A stretch of 10,196 nucleotides of DNA, taken from NCBI GenBank assembly GCA_051294375.1, contig JBJCIZ010001298.1, forward strand, positions 1 to 10,196. The letters are read 5' to 3'. Every line of letters begins with the position of its first letter. Position 1 is the first letter of the stretch. Below, in pieces: positions 9,086 to 10,196 of this stretch. Below the pieces are notes generated by a model. The model did no database searches. It saw nothing but the letters and a program-made list of their open reading frames with translations, and was not told the DNA's origin. The position numbers were made by a program, and so were the translations under genes. Source of the stretch: Paraspadella gotoi (lineage: Eukaryota > Animalia > Chaetognatha).

Positions 9086-9447
9086 CGTTTTATCACATCA
9101 TTTGAGTGGTGGGACTTTTCGTCCATACTGACAAGCACATATTTGGCATTCGCTGTTGGTAACACTTCAAGTTCATCAGTTTCGTCGTCGATTTTAACAC
9201 TCTGATTTCTCCAATAGTCATAAGTCTTTAAAAAATTTTCTCGGGCTTCGATGACGTCCTGGCGCTCATGCCCGTCATAATAGATACCCTTTTTCTGGAC
9301 ATTGAGACTAAATCCCAGCGCGCGCATCCAATTGGAAATAGTTCTTTCGGAATATTTGTCTTCAGGTTCAAGTTCCAGTTTCCTACTAACCCAATTGGAA
9401 ATATCTTTACAGTTTAAAGCAGCTCCGGTCAAATTTTGTGGATTTTC
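9086..9447 (-). CDS. Internal exon of a spliced IS630/Tc1/mariner-like DDE transposase (second HTH, GHER motif, first catalytic Asp)
   Basis: Acceptor ttttctctacAG|GAA at 9448 (phase 0); donor CG|GTaata at 9085 (phase 2). Open frame ENPQNLTGAALNCKDISNWV...SERTISNWMRALGF...KKGIYYDGHERQDVIEARENFL...VLVSMDEKSHHSND matches the KKGxYxDGHERxDVxxxR and DE..F/H..ND motifs of eukaryotic IS630-like transposases. Confidence 0.9.
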
Positions 9448-9463
9448 CTGTAGAGAAAATAGA

Positions 9464-9730
9464 TTTTTAGCCGGATCTGCCTAATGCCGTTCTCGGCTCT
9501 ATAATTCACTTTGTCGGTCCGTCGGTCGCGCCCTAAAAGTTTGTCGGTAAGTCACTTAAATCATGTCAGAACATCGAATTATGATAAATTAAATAAGTAT
9601 AGGAGACGATTGACTTGAAATTTTGTATATTAGTAGGAAAGTGTATGATTGAGCTGGAAATCAAGTTTCAACGGAATCGTCTGAGTGGAAATGTAGTCGG
9701 GCATGGCCTAGGTTCACCCCGCCTATTAGT
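9464..9730 (+). mobile_element. HINE-like element B, 5' part; same family as element A, 3' end not seen
   Basis: tttttagccggatctgcctaatgccgttctcggctctataattcacttt-gtcggtccgtcggtc aligns with 8195-8260, and atgtcagaacatcgaattatgataaatta aligns with about 8286-8314. Internal inverted repeat AGACGATT (9604-9611) / AATCGTCT (9675-9682). Confidence 0.65.
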
Positions 9731-9733
9731 TGT

Positions 9734-9970
9734 GACCCGGTGGCTCATTGAGTAAAGCCATCAGCTCATGACCACTAGGTACCGGGTTCAATCCCAACCC
9801 GGTACCTACCCTGCGGGAAGAGTGAGGCCGGCCGTAAGCCGCCTTGGGGGCGTGGCAAACCCTCAAGCCTGGTTCCAAGTCCAGGACCCGTTCCATGTCT
9901 GCTAGAAGGGGTTATAGAAGTTATGGATAGTCATCTTCTGCCCACTTAGCGCCTTATCCACAGAAATAAG
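9734..9970 (+). mobile_element. tRNA-derived SINE-like element (Met-like head); 3' end approximate
   Basis: A-box-like TGGCTCATTGAG, CTCATGA anticodon-loop remnant and B box GGTTCAATCCC (9785-9795). The anticodon stem does not pair. A GC-rich hairpin body is followed by an A-rich tract. Confidence 0.6.
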
Positions 9971-10196
9971 TTTAAATGGAAAAAAAAAATAATATGTTTT
10001 AATAATTGATTATGCTCTTTTATATAAAATATAAATGCAAGCTGCATTATTAATAAAATAATTATCAATTTATTATTTCATTAATCAGTTAATCCAATCA
10101 ATCAATCAAATCGTCAACTGTTTGATTAATTAATCCATCAATCAATCATTTATCGTCGGTGTTATCTTCGTCATCGTCGACATCATCGCCGTCTAT

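Larger units (their letters stand above)
9014..10196 (+). repeat. Direct duplicate, copy 2, of 3931-5178; runs off the window
   Basis: Same alignment as copy 1; this copy keeps the reading frame open. Confidence 0.95.

Noticed and set aside
9010-9483. TA-flanked TIR pair defining a 474-bp mini Tc1 element
   Set aside because: The two motifs are better explained as subterminal repeats of adjacent HINE-like elements, and the transposase continues past 9010 by splicing.

Overview
Eukaryotic, AT-rich and repeat-rich genomic DNA, with spliceosomal introns, microsatellites and two N gaps. The main feature, largely missed by the ORF track, is a spliced minus-strand IS630/Tc1/mariner-type DDE transposase gene. 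Exons at 9447-9086, 8171-gap, 7383-7233 and 7165-7011 are open; the two junctions that can be checked (9086/8171, 7233/7165) are in phase, and 7383 lies across an N gap. A second, indel-ridden partial copy (about 6453-4007) supplies an N-terminal HTH-like exon preceded by an 18-bp tandem repeat that could encode (NGSEEL)n. The introns host DINE-1/HINE-like (Helentron-associated) non-autonomous elements and two different tRNA-derived SINE-like elements. One HINE-like element encloses a degraded ATP12/ATPAF2 3' coding fragment, a candidate gene capture. The left third holds microsatellites, a degraded EF-hand-like exon and weak unassigned coding-like fragments. All protein family calls are recognised from memory of motifs, not from searches. 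The 1.2-kb duplication may be an assembly artefact.
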